Positions 8,048 through 15,102 of a DNA stretch of 61,787 nt are shown here, in pieces. The translations under genes and the position numbers were made by a program. The first letter of the stretch is position 1. Every line of letters starts with the position of its first letter. The notes beneath the pieces were generated by a model. That model worked only from the letters and a program-made list of their open reading frames with translations, was not told the DNA's origin and did not search any database. Source of the stretch: a virus (taxonomy: Duplodnaviria > Caudoviricetes); IMG/VR virus record IMGVR_UViG_3300025101_000028, positions 1-61,787 of that record; one strand, written 5' to 3'.

Positions 8048-8329
8048 TTATAATATAACTGTTTCAGATTTTTGTGCAACCTCAAAACGGTCAATTTTTG
8101 ACCAAATTCTAAGGTTTGATAAAAAGGTTCGATTGTCACTAATAACTTCAGACAAAGTTTTTCCCTCAATTTTACAAATTTCAGGATACTCGCTTATTAC
8201 CCCCTCTCTATCGGAGGAGTAGATAAGAACATGATAGGAATCGTCTATCACGAGATAACTCCTATCATTACATTCAACAACCACAGCAAAACTACTGCGA
8301 TAATCGTCAATCCATTTTACTATTTGCAT
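8048..8329 (-). CDS. hypothetical protein
   Basis: coupled to upstream ...ICK* junction; reads through palindrome and promoter. Confidence 0.65.
   Translation of the reverse strand: MQIVKWIDDYRSSFAVVVECNDRSYLVIDDSYHVLIYSSDREGVISEYPEICKIEGKTLSEVISDNRTFLSNLRIWSKIDRFEVAQKSETVIL
8052..8104 (-). promoter_or_regulatory. early promoter + palindrome (class A)
   Basis: TTGCAC-16-TATATT; CGGTCA-ATTTT-TGACCA at 8088-8104. Confidence 0.8.
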
Positions 8330-8499
8330 ATTATCTCCACACTTAGATGTAAGTCACGATCTACATTAGCCCAACCGAAATTTCTGCCCTCTCTGAGCCA
8401 ATGGACTTTATATTCTTTTTCTCCTCTAAATTCCCTTATGTCGATAACAATGCCGACACCGAAATAGTTTTCGTGATTTACCAATGTTCCTACTCGCAT
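8320..8499 (-). CDS. SH3/KOW-like small protein, 59 aa (not in ORF track)
   Basis: MRVGTLVNHENYFGVGIVIDIREFRGEKEYKVHW...VEIICK. Confidence 0.75.
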   Translation of the reverse strand: MRVGTLVNHENYFGVGIVIDIREFRGEKEYKVHWLREGRNFGWANVDRDLHLSVEIICK

Positions 8500-8648
8500 A
8501 ATACCTCCAAGTTGTGGGAATACCTAGACCATATAGTAAATCTTCTTTGTATAATCCAATGAATACGAACATCATCCCCCCTAGTATGGGTAACAATTCC
8601 CATGCTTTTTGGGAATGACACGTTCCTCACTAAACTACCCACTTTCAT
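8490..8648 (-). CDS. SH3/KOW-like small protein, 52 aa (not in ORF track)
   Basis: MKVGSLVRNVSFPKSMGIVTHTRGDDVRIHW...LEVLCE. Confidence 0.75.
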   Translation of the reverse strand: MKVGSLVRNVSFPKSMGIVTHTRGDDVRIHWIIQRRFTIWSRYSHNLEVLCE

Positions 8649-8871
8649 CAGACTTCCTCACCAAGAATTGATTGCCCTGTATCATACTCGCCCTTGTTTT
8701 AGGAAGATTTAAATAAACTGCCACAGGTTCTATGCCATTGACATGGTGCATAGCACTAACCACCATAGAGCCTTGCTTTAGCACCGATATAACAACGTGG
8801 TAAGACCCGTCCTTGTGCATTATTATATCGTCAATTTGTGGCTCATATCTGAGTATTTCGTTTATGTTCAT
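8635..8871 (-). CDS. hypothetical protein, possibly SH3-like
   Basis: PQIDDII...YHVVI pattern. Confidence 0.6.
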   Translation of the reverse strand: MNINEILRYEPQIDDIIMHKDGSYHVVISVLKQGSMVVSAMHHVNGIEPVAVYLNLPKTRASMIQGNQFLVRKSDESG

Positions 8872-8873
8872 AG

Positions 8874-9143
8874 TTACTTCCTTATTTCAAATGCTTTTAT
8901 ATATCCTGTCGGGCATGACACCCACACTACTCGCCAACCCCTACACTGGGGTGGGAGTCGTGGTTGTATCTTTCCTTGTAGACCTTCTTCTATCCATACC
9001 TCTACCACTGTACCACCGTCATCAGACCATTTACGAAACGCAAAGGCATTGTCGGTCAATTCGATAACGATAGGTGTTAGTACCTCTACTAACTGGTCAT
9101 AGGTGAGTTTGTCCTTTGGGTTCCAATTATGTTCATAAGCCAT
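8874..9143 (-). CDS. hypothetical protein
   Basis: GGAGG RBS, TAATG coupling. Confidence 0.7.
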   Translation of the reverse strand: MAYEHNWNPKDKLTYDQLVEVLTPIVIELTDNAFAFRKWSDDGGTVVEVWIEEGLQGKIQPRLPPQCRGWRVVWVSCPTGYIKAFEIRK

Positions 9144-9391
9144 TATCGACCTCCAATGATAACTTTAGAAATTTTACCCTTGTCAACGACACAAGTGACG
9201 TTGTTGGGAAGATAGACCTTGTTATCTATTGCGTGTTTAAGGTAGTCCATAAAGATTTGATTGGTAAAATTAGCCTTTACAAGCAAAGCATAGAAGTCAT
9301 GAACATCACCCTCCCATGTAGAGGAGGGGTATAATCGTGCAATAAAGTCCATAGCCTCGTCAAGAGCCTCTTTGAAATTATGATATTCCAT
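9143..9391 (-). CDS. hypothetical protein
   Basis: GGAGG RBS before MEYHN. Confidence 0.7.
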   Translation of the reverse strand: MEYHNFKEALDEAMDFIARLYPSSTWEGDVHDFYALLVKANFTNQIFMDYLKHAIDNKVYLPNNVTCVVDKGKISKVIIGGR

Positions 9392-10208
9392 AGTCACCTC
9401 CGTAGTTTTCAACAAGTTTTTTGCAGAGTCCCAAGAAGTCAGACATTTGTTCCTTTGACCACTTCTTTAGAGCATAGTTAATGTCCTCTGTGGGTGCTTG
9501 TTCAAACCATTCATCTGGAAATGTGTAGGATGATTGGGCAATGACCTCGATAGCCTCGACATTACCCCAATAGTAGGAATAAGAGAACAAGGCACTAGCC
9601 AAAGCATCTGACTTTGTTTTAATCAGTATCCTAGCATTGATTTTGTTATCGCCATATTCGGGCTTGTAACCAAGCAAAGGAATGAACACTTCTTGTCTCT
9701 TACTATCTTCACCAAGAGCGAACACATTAAGATTTTCGGGCAATTCTGCACCAACAGTACAAAGATGCTCTTTGGTAACGTATGAGCCTGCTTTGTAGTT
9801 ATAACCTCTATCGGTAACTTTAATAAGTGAAGCAGGTGTCAGACCATATTTAATAGCTATTTCAGACCATAAGTGTCTCCACACACGATTGGCTTTGATG
9901 ATAAATTTTTTATCTTTTACCATTTGTGGACAATCCCTACGGTTATGCCCTGTTTCACGACAGTAGCCACACTTTTTGGGCTTTTTAGCAACCTTTGTGC
10001 CTGTCTTTGAAATGCCTTTGCGTTTTTCGATATACTGCACTGCGTAATTGCCCTTGAAGTCACGTTCGTGAATAGGTTTATCTTTGACCTGTTCGTAAAG
10101 AGCGATCATGTCGGGACACTTTACAAGTGTGTGTCCTTGTGTACCACAGAACTTACATGTTGGTGCTGACCGTCCATAGTTTGATTGTTTTCTTGCATTT
10201 ATAGTCAT
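9378..10208 (-). CDS. double CCHC zinc-knuckle protein
   Basis: CKFCGTQGHTLVKC and CGYCRETGHNRRDC (CX2CX4HX4C twice). Confidence 0.8.
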   Translation of the reverse strand: MTINARKQSNYGRSAPTCKFCGTQGHTLVKCPDMIALYEQVKDKPIHERDFKGNYAVQYIEKRKGISKTGTKVAKKPKKCGYCRETGHNRRDCPQMVKDKKFIIKANRVWRHLWSEIAIKYGLTPASLIKVTDRGYNYKAGSYVTKEHLCTVGAELPENLNVFALGEDSKRQEVFIPLLGYKPEYGDNKINARILIKTKSDALASALFSYSYYWGNVEAIEVIAQSSYTFPDEWFEQAPTEDINYALKKWSKEQMSDFLGLCKKLVENYGGDYGIS

Positions 10209-10240
10209 AAAGACCTCCGTTTATTGTTGAATGTAATAGT

Positions 10241-10294
10241 AATATAATTGTTTCTTGTTTGTTTGTCAAATGCGAAACGGTCATTTTTTGTCCG
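10241..10294 (-). promoter_or_regulatory. early promoter + palindrome (class A)
   Basis: TTGACA-17-TATATT; CGGTCA-TTTTT-TGTCCG at 10278-10294. Confidence 0.85.
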
Positions 10295-10490
10295 TTTCTA
10301 TTTTTATTAGCATATGAGGTTGGGTTTGTATCCTGTTACCGTTATGTACGTTCTGTATTCTGATATAGCCTTTGAATGAGCCTGTTCTTTCAACACCTTT
10401 GCCCAATACAAGCCAAATCTCATAGCTGTGTGGAGTGTTAAATGCCCTATGTTGCTTTCTATACACCAAGTCACCTGTTTTTATTTGCAT
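10281..10490 (-). CDS. SH3/KOW-like small protein
   Basis: MQIKTGDLVY start. Confidence 0.75.
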   Translation of the reverse strand: MQIKTGDLVYRKQHRAFNTPHSYEIWLVLGKGVERTGSFKGYIRIQNVHNGNRIQTQPHMLIKIETDKK

Positions 10491-10687
10491 AACTCCTCCA
10501 ATCCGATAACGACACCATGACAATAGTGTCCAAAGTCATTACTTTTACCTGTTAATCTTCCCTCTTTGAGCCACTGTACTTTATAGGGAAAAGGGTTCTT
10601 TTCCCTCACTTCGGTAATGATGCCGATCCTGTCTGTTTCGTAGGAAATTGTTACCAAGTCACCTACACTGTGTTTTAGTTTGGACAT
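10481..10687 (-). CDS. SH3/KOW-like small protein
   Basis: SVGDLV...IGIIT...YKVQW...LEELCK. Confidence 0.75.
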   Translation of the reverse strand: MSKLKHSVGDLVTISYETDRIGIITEVREKNPFPYKVQWLKEGRLTGKSNDFGHYCHGVVIGLEELCK

Positions 10688-10714
10688 AACGTCCTCCGTT
10701 TGTTTGATAATTGT

Positions 10715-10758
10715 AATATAACTCATTCATCATATTTGTCGAGGACATTTTTTGTCCG
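10715..10758 (-). promoter_or_regulatory. early promoter + palindrome (class B)
   Basis: TCGACA-16-TATATT; AGGACA-TTTTT-TGTCCG at 10742-10758. Confidence 0.8.
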
Positions 10759-10935
10759 TTTTAGAAAGTCGGCTCTCATATTGGCAGCAACCATGTCGTT
10801 GGTTACAATGGTCACACAAGACTTCACACAAGTAAGGTCGTATTTATAATCCTCATTGAGAGGACACCACCAAATATCTGAAATTATCCACATAGTCTGT
10901 GTCACCAAATCCCAACACAAGTCACCTATATTCAT
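10723..10935 (-). CDS. SH3/KOW-like small protein
   Basis: MNIGDLC start, GGAGG RBS. Confidence 0.7.
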   Translation of the reverse strand: MNIGDLCWDLVTQTMWIISDIWWCPLNEDYKYDLTCVKSCVTIVTNDMVAANMRADFLKRTKNVLDKYDE

Positions 10936-11188
10936 AATTGTCCTCCAGTACACGTTTGAACATGTAGAAGTTTGTGTCTATTCGCCACCAACGATTATTC
11001 TCATAGAAATGATAAATAGCACTGTCGTAGTCACCCTCATCATCTCGAAATGTTTCGGTTGTCTCGTCACAATCGTTCCATGTGACCTCAATACTTATAA
11101 AACCATCCTCTTTACAATAGAAGTGTTCTTTGATTAGACCGATAAAAAGCCCATCAATTGTGTCTGTTTTTATTAGTGTGCCCACCAT
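10922..11188 (-). CDS. SH3/KOW-like protein
   Basis: MVGTLI...IGLI...IEVTW. Confidence 0.7.
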   Translation of the reverse strand: MVGTLIKTDTIDGLFIGLIKEHFYCKEDGFISIEVTWNDCDETTETFRDDEGDYDSAIYHFYENNRWWRIDTNFYMFKRVLEDNYEYR

Positions 11189-11200
11189 AGTAGTGTCCCC

Positions 11201-11539
11201 CTATTGGTCTGTCTTGCGTTTACTATCACCAGCATTATTGACAGTGACGGTCTTGAATTTGATATCGTTAAGTCCACCCTTACGTTGGTTGTTCCAACCA
11301 CGATTTGCCTCCCACTTCTTCTGATAAGTGTCTGCGTCACTCTCTGAATCGAAGGCTAATATAGAAATACAGGCTTGCTTACTCTCACCTGAGACACAAC
11401 CCCTGTACCTAACGTGTGTCTCTGTGCCTAATTCCTCGACACAATCGGGACACTCATTGATGTACCCCCCCACTCGTTGCTTTTCTGCACTCTGACAATC
11501 GAATTCGTCCTCACAATGTTTGCATGTTCTAGTCATCAT
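11201..11539 (-). CDS. zinc-ribbon hypothetical protein
   Basis: CKHC...CPDC. Confidence 0.75.
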   Translation of the reverse strand: MMTRTCKHCEDEFDCQSAEKQRVGGYINECPDCVEELGTETHVRYRGCVSGESKQACISILAFDSESDADTYQKKWEANRGWNNQRKGGLNDIKFKTVTVNNAGDSKRKTDQ

Positions 11540-11566
11540 TACCTCCTGTGTTTGAATGATGTTGAT

Positions 11567-11620
11567 AATATAATCTGTTTAATTTTATTTGTCAAATCCA
11601 AAACGGTCAGAATTTGACCA
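11567..11620 (-). promoter_or_regulatory. early promoter + palindrome (class A)
   Basis: TTGACA-17-TATATT; CGGTCA-GAATT-TGACCA at 11604-11620. Confidence 0.85.
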
Positions 11621-11849
11621 CTTTAATATGACTTCTCCATAGGTCGCCATAGTCGTATTCACATTGGTCATTATCAGACCAAAGAACAGCAAAGGAAGAA
11701 TAATTTTTTTCGTTAGTAGTGTCCTGTCGGAATTCGTGTGCAACAACCACACCCATACAGCCGTAGTCCTGTGATTCCTCTCTGTTCCACATGACCAAAG
11801 AGCCGACTCTGACTAACTGTTCTTCATCAATTAAATCACCTACTTGCAT
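11607..11849 (-). CDS. SH3/KOW-like protein with duplicated N-terminal motif
   Basis: MQVGDLIDEEQLVRVGSLVMW. Confidence 0.75.
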   Translation of the reverse strand: MQVGDLIDEEQLVRVGSLVMWNREESQDYGCMGVVVAHEFRQDTTNEKNYSSFAVLWSDNDQCEYDYGDLWRSHIKVVKF

Positions 11850-11998
11850 ACTGCCTCCAATTCATGATCATCATACCAATTGCTTATACAATTATCTATC
11901 CGTATCACATGAAAGTTTATACCGTAACCATCACCATGCTCGTCTATTACAATACCGAAGAAGCCTTTATAATGCTTTACCAAAGAACCTACTCGCAT
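11840..11998 (-). CDS. SH3/KOW-like small protein
   Basis: MRVGSLVKHY...LEAVCK. Confidence 0.75.
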   Translation of the reverse strand: MRVGSLVKHYKGFFGIVIDEHGDGYGINFHVIRIDNCISNWYDDHELEAVCK

Positions 11999-12201
11999 AT
12001 CACCACCTGTTCTGTGATTTCCCAATAACCTCTGTCTATCTCGAACAGGTAGTCCTCTAATTCCTCTAAGGAGGGGTTGTCGGTGCAATACTCTGCGAAC
12101 CACTCTCTGATAATCCTCTCGGCTATTGCATGGGTTTTACATAGATAAACTATGTTATCGTCACCACTGTATCTGATTTGTAATGTTATTATTGTGTCCA
12201 T
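11989..12201 (-). CDS. acidic hypothetical protein
   Basis: GGAGG RBS; ends VVICE at the shared junction. Confidence 0.7.
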   Translation of the reverse strand: MDTIITLQIRYSGDDNIVYLCKTHAIAERIIREWFAEYCTDNPSLEELEDYLFEIDRGYWEITEQVVICE

Positions 12202-12228
12202 AAGAACCTCCGTTTGTTTGATGTTTAT

Positions 12229-12282
12229 AATATAACTGTTTAGTTTAATTCTGTCAAATGCAAAACGGTCATTTTTTGACCA
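12229..12282 (-). promoter_or_regulatory. early promoter + palindrome (class A)
   Basis: TTGACA-17-TATATT; CGGTCA-TTTTT-TGACCA at 12266-12282. Confidence 0.85.
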
Positions 12283-12439
12283 CTTCTAAATTGATTTCGT
12301 TCTCTTGATATTCTAACCCACAAAGCCACTTGACAGACCATAGTTTTTTGAAAACAGGATTTTGTTTTACAATCAAGCCAATGCTGTCGTTATCAACGGC
12401 TGTTTCCTTATATTTTACTAAATCACCTACTTTGAACAT
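12269..12439 (-). CDS. SH3/KOW-like small protein
   Basis: MFKVGDLVKY...IGLIV...VKW. Confidence 0.75.
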   Translation of the reverse strand: MFKVGDLVKYKETAVDNDSIGLIVKQNPVFKKLWSVKWLCGLEYQENEINLEVVKK

Positions 12440-12582
12440 AATAACCTCAATTCTGTTATCCACATTTTACCCTCGCCAGTACCGTCTATGTAGTGTACTA
12501 TCCAACAATCGACATTTATCTGTCTTGTGATAACACCTACATCATCACAATAATCTATCACTAAATCACCTACTTTGAACAT
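12427..12582 (-). CDS. SH3/KOW-like small protein, 51 aa (not in ORF track)
   Basis: MFKVGDLVIDYCDDVGVIT...IVHY...LRLLCSK. Confidence 0.75.
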   Translation of the reverse strand: MFKVGDLVIDYCDDVGVITRQINVDCWIVHYIDGTGEGKMWITELRLLCSK

Positions 12583-12749
12583 GTTACTTCCTTCAGAATG
12601 TTAACTGTCTCTGTTCTTGTACCTAGATCAGGCCAATGTACATCTACCCTAGTGTGTCCATTGTAGTCCAGCATTTCATGTACCTTAACGACTACCCCAA
12701 TCCCACAGTGTCGTGGTGATTGGTGTCTTACTAATGTTCCTACTTGCAT
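12570..12749 (-). CDS. SH3/KOW-like small protein, 59 aa (not in ORF track)
   Basis: MQVGTLVRHQSPRHCGIGVVV...VDVHW...KEVTCSK. Confidence 0.75.
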   Translation of the reverse strand: MQVGTLVRHQSPRHCGIGVVVKVHEMLDYNGHTRVDVHWPDLGTRTETVNILKEVTCSK

Positions 12750-12775
12750 GTTGTCTCCATTTGTTTGATGTAGAT

Positions 12776-12829
12776 AATATAACTGTTCCGAGTAACCCTG
12801 TCAAGCCCAAAACGGTCAATTTTTGACCA
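12776..12829 (-). promoter_or_regulatory. early promoter + palindrome (class A)
   Basis: TTGACA-17-TATATT; CGGTCA-ATTTT-TGACCA at 12813-12829. Confidence 0.85.
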
Positions 12830-13028
12830 CTTCCAATACTTCTTCGGCAAATACGGAATAGACTTGACCTTGCATGTCTCCGTGTATAATTCTAATCCTA
12901 CGAAAGCCCACAGGTCTTTCTCCCCCATAGCCACAATCAGCATACACCACTAGTCCTACAGTATCCTCGTATCCCTTATAAATGCTTTTCCAAACCTTTT
13001 TTATCCTTACTAAATCGCCTACTTGCAC
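12816..13028 (-). CDS. SH3/KOW-like small protein
   Basis: GTG start, QVGDLVRI. Confidence 0.75.
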   Translation of the reverse strand: MQVGDLVRIKKVWKSIYKGYEDTVGLVVYADCGYGGERPVGFRRIRIIHGDMQGQVYSVFAEEVLEVVKN

Positions 13029-13189
13029 AATACCTCCAGTTTTCTAATATCAAATTCAATTCGTTCCCCAGTGTCTGCTATGCTGATTACCACGTTGTAA
13101 GGGTTCCATTTGTCCACAATGATAGCCAGTTTTCCAACTTTACTTTGACTAAATGACTGTCGTATCCTTACCAAATCGCCTACTTGCAT
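13019..13189 (-). CDS. SH3/KOW-like small protein
   Basis: MQVGDLVRIRQ...GKLAIIV...LEVLCK. Confidence 0.8.
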   Translation of the reverse strand: MQVGDLVRIRQSFSQSKVGKLAIIVDKWNPYNVVISIADTGERIEFDIRKLEVLCK

Positions 13190-13314
13190 AATACCTCCAA
13201 ATGACCTCTGTATACCCACCCAAAGCAACACTTTACCAAGTTTGGTTCTATCTCTATGATAATACCGACTTTGGTATTGGGATATGTTGTCTTTACTAAC
13301 GAACCTACTCGCAT
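13180..13314 (-). CDS. SH3/KOW-like small protein, 44 aa (not in ORF track)
   Basis: MRVGSLVKTTYPNTKVGIII...LEVLCK. Confidence 0.7.
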   Translation of the reverse strand: MRVGSLVKTTYPNTKVGIIIEIEPNLVKCCFGWVYRGHLEVLCK

Positions 13315-13478
13315 ACTTCCTCCAAATAATAATCGCTATACCACCCTGTTGATTGGTCTTTGAGCCACAGGATATGCACCCTACCACCTGCTCTGTGTGT
13401 TATTATGCCTAATTTGTACTCGCCACCATTTAGACGTTCTCTTATAGATTGCCACCTTACTAACGAACCTATTCGCAT
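13305..13478 (-). CDS. SH3/KOW-like small protein
   Basis: MRIGSLVRW...LGIIT...VHILW...LEEVCE. Confidence 0.75.
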   Translation of the reverse strand: MRIGSLVRWQSIRERLNGGEYKLGIITHRAGGRVHILWLKDQSTGWYSDYYLEEVCE

Positions 13479-13663
13479 GTTACCTCCACTAATTGTTTTG
13501 TATGAAAATGCCTTGTTATAGACATGTTTGTTATGGGAGAGATTTGCCACACACCCCCACTCATGTAGTAGGTGATGATGTAGATTTCGGGCATGACCTC
13601 GCTGTTGTATCTGTTAATTGCTCTCACCAGTTTACCTACTTTTAAATTCTTTTTGTTTCTCAT
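13469..13663 (-). CDS. SH3/KOW-like small protein
   Basis: LKVGKLVR...LVEVTCE. Confidence 0.75.
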   Translation of the reverse strand: MRNKKNLKVGKLVRAINRYNSEVMPEIYIITYYMSGGVWQISPITNMSITRHFHTKQLVEVTCE

Positions 13664-13821
13664 AATTTCACAACGTCATAAGTACACTTTGCACATATCT
13701 CACCTGTTTTAATCCAGTAGATAGTGTATGAGTTATAACGCAGATTGTAACGCATTACCATACCTATGTCCTTTCTTTCTAAGTATCCATGTAAATGGAC
13801 TAAATCTCCTGTTCTGAGCAT
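13660..13821 (-). CDS. SH3/KOW-like small protein, 53 aa (not in ORF track)
   Basis: MLRTGDLVHL...IGMVM...YTIYW; GGAGG RBS; ATGA overlap. Confidence 0.75.
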   Translation of the reverse strand: MLRTGDLVHLHGYLERKDIGMVMRYNLRYNSYTIYWIKTGEICAKCTYDVVKL

Positions 13822-14000
13822 TTTTCCTCCTTTGTGAGTAAATCATCTTCAAATTCAACTGTTTCGTGTGTTCCACCATTATCGAAAAACCACCGAATAC
13901 GGTAGTAGGGATAGCCTACATTGTCCTCAAAGTCAACCTTGACTATTATTCCCATAGTCGCTATCTCCCACTTTGCCCATACTAAATCTCCTACTTGCAT
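13800..14000 (-). CDS. SH3/KOW-like small protein
   Basis: MQVGDLVW...MGIIV...YRIRW. Confidence 0.8.
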   Translation of the reverse strand: MQVGDLVWAKWEIATMGIIVKVDFEDNVGYPYYRIRWFFDNGGTHETVEFEDDLLTKEEKCSEQEI

Positions 14001-14164
14001 ACTTCCTCCACATGTTCGTTATGATAATGGTGTGTTCTCATAGTCTTTACGTTGTAACCTGTAAAGATCCACGATCCATTTGTTTTTAGACAGATCACGA
14101 TATTGCCCATTTGCCAATCGGTGTGCCTATTGTGTGTTATTATATATAAGTGTCCTACTTGCAT
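13991..14164 (-). CDS. SH3/KOW-like small protein
   Basis: MQVGHLY...VEEVCK. Confidence 0.75.
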   Translation of the reverse strand: MQVGHLYIITHNRHTDWQMGNIVICLKTNGSWIFTGYNVKTMRTHHYHNEHVEEVCK

Positions 14165-14349
14165 AACACCTCCAAATATTCTTCTGTCCACCATGTCGGT
14201 TTATCATCATTAATAAACTGCACTAAAAATGTTAGTTTGCCATAGCCATGACCTTTTTGATCCCAAATCTTTGATCCGACAATAAGACCTAAAGGACGTC
14301 GCTTTGGTAGATAAAAATCTTTTGTTCTTACTAGATCACCTACTTGCAT
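14155..14349 (-). CDS. SH3/KOW-like small protein
   Basis: MQVGDLVR...LGLIV...LVQF...LEVLCK. Confidence 0.8.
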   Translation of the reverse strand: MQVGDLVRTKDFYLPKRRPLGLIVGSKIWDQKGHGYGKLTFLVQFINDDKPTWWTEEYLEVLCK

Positions 14350-14519
14350 AGTACCTCCAAACGACTTCGTGTCCACCAGCTTTTGTGTCCACTAGGGAAT
14401 AGAACCTCATACTTCCAATCGCCATTGTGGTGGACACCTGTGTCTATTATAAGACCAATAGCACCACTTTGACTAGGATGAAATGGGTTGTTTATTTGTA
14501 CTAAATAACCAATTTTCAT
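14340..14519 (-). CDS. SH3/KOW-like small protein, 59 aa (not in ORF track)
   Basis: MKIGYLVQI...IGLII...YEVLF...LEVLCK. Confidence 0.75.
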   Translation of the reverse strand: MKIGYLVQINNPFHPSQSGAIGLIIDTGVHHNGDWKYEVLFPSGHKSWWTRSRLEVLCK

Positions 14520-14549
14520 AGCACCTCCAAAAATAAATGATAATTATAC

Positions 14550-14599
14550 TTGACAATATAATATAAATGCGTTATAATGTCAAGGACAGAAATTGTCCG
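14550..14599. promoter_or_regulatory. overlapping divergent sigma70 promoters + palindrome (class B)
   Basis: minus: TTGACA(14583-14578)-17-TATATT(14560-14555); plus: TTGACA(14550-14555)-17-TATAAT(14573-14578); AGGACA-GAAAT-TGTCCG at 14583-14599. Confidence 0.8.
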
Positions 14600-14792
14600 T
14601 TTTCTTAAACCAACGAGTTTCACAATGAACTTTCCTATTACTTCCCACTTGTCTCAAGTAGACACCGTATTTACCGTAGCCACCAATGTCTACGACCAAA
14701 TAAAGTGTGCCGAGTATCGGATGAATTCTCAAACTATTTTTGAGATTACCGACCAACAAGTCTCCGACTTTAACATCTTTTCGTTCAAGCAT
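14580..14792 (-). CDS. SH3/KOW-like small protein
   Basis: VKVGDLL...LYLVV. Confidence 0.75.
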   Translation of the reverse strand: MLERKDVKVGDLLVGNLKNSLRIHPILGTLYLVVDIGGYGKYGVYLRQVGSNRKVHCETRWFKKTDNFCP

Positions 14793-14810
14793 ATCGCTCT
14801 CCTTTTATAT

Positions 14811-14854
14811 AATATAACACATGGGAAAAATAAATCAAGGACAAAAAATGTCCG
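14811..14854 (-). promoter_or_regulatory. early promoter + palindrome (class B)
   Basis: TTGATT-16-TATATT; AGGACA-AAAAA-TGTCCG at 14838-14854. Confidence 0.8.
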
Positions 14855-14857
14855 TTT

Positions 14858-15028
14858 TTATATTTTTACAAACCAACGTGGTGGCATACGGGAAACCCTT
14901 CCTGTTACTATGTTCTTTACTCTTATAGTCACACCTGATAACTCGCCTATAACAATATAAACGTGCTTGTCTCTCTTATGATTTGTAAAAGTTAATAAGT
15001 CACCGACTTGATAGTTACACATTTTCAT
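14858..15028 (-). CDS. SH3/KOW-like small protein, 56 aa (not in ORF track)
   Basis: MKMCNYQVGDLLTF...VYIVI...; GAGG RBS. Confidence 0.75.
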   Translation of the reverse strand: MKMCNYQVGDLLTFTNHKRDKHVYIVIGELSGVTIRVKNIVTGRVSRMPPRWFVKI

Positions 15029-15055
15029 TATTCACCTCGTTTGTTGTTCCTTTAT

Positions 15056-15099
15056 ATTATAACATGTTCGAGTAATCAGACAAGGACAAAAAATGACCG
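15056..15099 (-). promoter_or_regulatory. early promoter + palindrome (class B)
   Basis: TTGTCT-16-TATAAT; AGGACA-AAAAA-TGACCG at 15083-15099. Confidence 0.8.
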
Positions 15100-15102
15100 T
15101 TT

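Noticed and set aside
12740-12943. 67-aa ORF ending METTCK
   Set aside because: Overlaps 12816-13028 out of frame and crosses a promoter; the CK* end is only the next gene's start sequence
14577-14960. 127-aa plus-strand ORF
   Set aside because: Its ATG lies in the -10 box upstream of the predicted start, it has no RBS, and it is antisense to two family genes
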